Assembly: GCA_030390025.1 (NCBI GenBank)
Contig: CM059433.1
Span: 17,238,001-17,302,000 of the forward strand
DNA from: Squalus acanthias
Lineage: Eukaryota
Length of the DNA: 64,000 bases
Reading direction: 5' to 3'
Within the stretch, counting starts at the first letter, position 1, and each line of letters starts with the position of its first letter. A model generated the notes under the pieces. It was not told the origin of the DNA. It worked only from the letters and a program-made list of their open reading frames with translations, and did not search any database. Below, one piece after another: positions 61,119 through 64,000 of the stretch. The position numbers and the translations under genes are program-made.

Positions 61119-63719
61119 CTTCTCAAATCCTACCAAAGCATGTTGTTGATTACAGAAGAGACTCCTAGCATCTGCCTGTCTTGGCTGAAGATAAAATTAT
61201 ACAAGCAAGAGGAAATATGGCAAGAAGATCAGTTAAGCTTCTCTATATCCATTCAGATGCCTTTGATATCCATTCAACACCCCTTTATATTCTTTAGATC
61301 CCCTTTATACCAATTTGCTCATGTATTTCATGCTGCAGTAAGTACAATCCTGTTATTATTATTGGCTAAATTGCAAAATGTACATTTATTTAACAACATG
61401 GTAATAAGCACCTTTGAATTAATATTGTTACATCTGCTTATCTCTCTCTATCCCATTATCTCAGTTTTGTTGGGCTAGACATTACCCTTATCAGAATAAT
61501 TGAATAACAACTGGCAAGAGCTATGAAATTCTGGGCAGGTTAATTGAAAAAGTTGTTTATACAAGTATTACCGCAGCAACCCTCCTTAATTACTCTGGGG
61601 CTTGGTGTACCCAGGCACAGCCTCCTACTTCCCTGGAGGACAGATCTGGAGACTTGAATTCAATATTTCTTCTGAAAACAGCTTTTTAACTCTACCTCTT
61701 GCTTGCCAACAAAGGTCAAATCCTCGTGACCTGTTTTTAAGAACTCAGCATCTTTTTGTGGCCACTCATGATTATTTATTGACGAGCCTCATTAGTGAAT
61801 CTCATTTGACCTCCAAATTCTAAGTCATAAACCTTTTCAGTAGACACCTAATCTACATGTACATTCTGTTAATCCGGTGGCTATCTCAAAATCTTGTGCT
61901 CTATTAATTTGTTGTTTGCCATCCCAGACCTTAGTCTCTGTTCTTTATCTGAATTCAGCATGTAAAATCTAATAGTGCAGCGTGTAAATTTGTGTGTACC
62001 TCTGGTGAACTGTTGCAAGAATGCTAAAATAAAAAGAAAAAGGTAGTGTCGAGCTGTTATAAACCGTTTCATTCCCAGCACCAGCTAAATAAAGATTCAT
62101 CGCTTTTTAAATTTTTTTTTTTACATCTTGCACTTTGAACTGGAATGGAAAAATAATAGAGAATGTCAAAACTGGGGATGTAATTAAAGGAAGAGCTAAA
62201 GAAAGAAATCTAAATGTATTTTTTTTTAAAGTATGTCACTTCAGCTCTTATTCATAAAGCAATTGTTGCTTCCGTGGTGAGCCTCTCATTAAACCCGATA
62301 GCAGGGACTCGGATTTAATTGAGATTTTCTGTCGACTCTTTGGTCAAATATAACAACCTTTACCCGAAATTCTGGATTTGTTTGCTAATATTGAGCAGCT
62401 TGCTGCAGAGTAAATGTGCTTTATGTTGTGGGAACATATACAGGAACTGAATATCCGTTACCTTTGGAGTAATATGCAGGTGTGGGAGATTTCAAGTTCT
62501 GTTGTTGTATTTGTTTTGCCGAATTCTGAAATGTGTTACTGTTCAACATTTTGAAATGTGGATCTTGTTATTATTTTCTTTTAGATGTATTTATGTACAA
62601 AGGTACCTCTATTTAGCTCATAATAGCTAATTCCCAGCTGGATCCTGTTGGCTTATCACAAATAGAGTAAAGAAACCAGCTGCAGTTGGATTGCTAAAAA
62701 TATTATGAAGGAGGATCATTATTGTGTTGAATAGAATCCAACCAGGATGAATTAAAGAGATAAGCTGACTGTAATTTCTGATGATAATGAACTTAAAATC
62801 TTCTTTGAGCCCATAATAGAGGCCCATCCTTCTTGAGAAGATTCAATCTTCAGACTCTATAGCCTGGGTTTTCTGATCAGCATTATTTAAAGTTAGTGGT
62901 AACCCACTTAAAATAAATGGTACAATGTTGATTGAAAAATCTAGGCTTAGACCTCCTGAACTCTTTATTGCCTCCCTAGTTCTGGAAGATTGCTTCAAGA
63001 TAGAACATTATTTTTCACTTTACTGTCATTAAAGAAAGGAGAGTCAAGTTGCAAGAAATTTGATTAAGAGTGATGTACAGTAATGTGCTTCTTACATTGT
63101 TCATGGGTCAATAACAGAAGTTGGCTATCTTGCAGTTTAATTCTCCTCAAAGCATTATTTTAGGGATCAGCAAAGTTAAGTGAATATTATGTGAATGCTA
63201 ATGTCTTTTGTATATTCCACAAATTTGTATCTCCATTTAAATAGATATATTTTTATTCGGCCAAATTTGCAGTAATGGCGCTTCACAGTTTGTGAATACC
63301 AGACATAAATAAAGTACATTTACAGATGCTCTGCTGAAAGTTTTTGGCAAATTCCTGCTCTGTGGGGAGAATATTGGGGTGGGGGGTGGGGAGAAATTGT
63401 TTTTTGTTGCACCCTCTCCTTTTTTCCGGGCGTAAAACAGGGGAAGTCCAATTTTGGGATGCAATGTCCCACGCCCGATCTGCGCCTGGGGTATGGGTGT
63501 TGACATATTGGTGAAAACGGCATCCTAAGCGTCAGTGGTGCCCGCCTGAAACAGGCCGCTTGCATATGTAAATGCGGGGCCTAACGCCTGTTTCAGGGCC
63601 CCTCCAGGAAATTTGGCGGGCTCTGGACCTAGTCTGCTCAGCATTACCTGGTCTACCTGCGGCCAAACCAGCGGTCCTTAAGGGATTTCTGGAGGCTACC
63701 ACCAAAAATGTAAGATTTT

Positions 63720-64000
63720 TTTAATACATTAATGACTTGGACTTGGGGGTACAGGGCACAATTTTGAAATTTGCAGATGAGACAAAACTTGGAAGTGTAT
63801 TAAACAGTGAGGAAGACAGTAATAGACTTCAAAAGGACATAGACAGGCTTATGTAATGGGTGGACACATGGCAGATGAAATTCAACATAGAAAAGTGTGA
63901 GATGATGCATTTTGGTAGGAAGAATGAGGAGAGATAACACAAGCATCTCCTTTAAAATTGTATCATTTAGCAAGAATAAAGAGACCTGGGGGTGTTTGTG
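63720..64000 (+). mobile_element. CR1 RT fragment running off the window
   Basis: INDLDLG, KFADETKLG, WQMKFNIEKCE. Confidence 0.85.

Noticed and set aside
57729..62827. Scattered splice-site-flanked short ORFs (57.8, 58.7, 61.2, 62.0, 62.7 kb)
   Set aside because: No consistent phase chain or recognisable product; RNA data would be needed.

Overview
Eukaryotic, repeat-dominated DNA. The repeat set (CR1 and L2 LINEs, tRNA-derived SINEs, Penelope-like elements, Harbinger MITEs) suggests a vertebrate, probably a cartilaginous fish; this is an inference. No rRNA, tRNA gene or CRISPR array is visible. The largest element is a young, nearly intact Ty3/Gypsy LTR retrotransposon of CsRn1 type (48047-52398: tRNA-Trp PBS, CHCC Gag motif, GACA TSD). 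It sits inside a dead Harbinger transposase that also carries an L2 fragment and a hAT MITE. Three solo LTRs (0.7, about 1.25 and 1.66 kb) and about ten Harbinger-type non-autonomous elements, most with 3-bp TSDs, are also present. The most notable recurring signal is a set of minimal type I hammerhead ribozyme motifs in Penelope-like 3' ends. It includes a 193-bp palindrome folded back at the ribozyme core, an element with two tandem hammerhead motifs, and a hammerhead about 35 nt upstream of a candidate host 3' splice site. Host coding sequence is only tentative: two plus-strand exons near the start and a phase-consistent three-exon chain on the minus strand at 37-40 kb. I cannot name either gene. 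Coordinates of decayed repeats are approximate.
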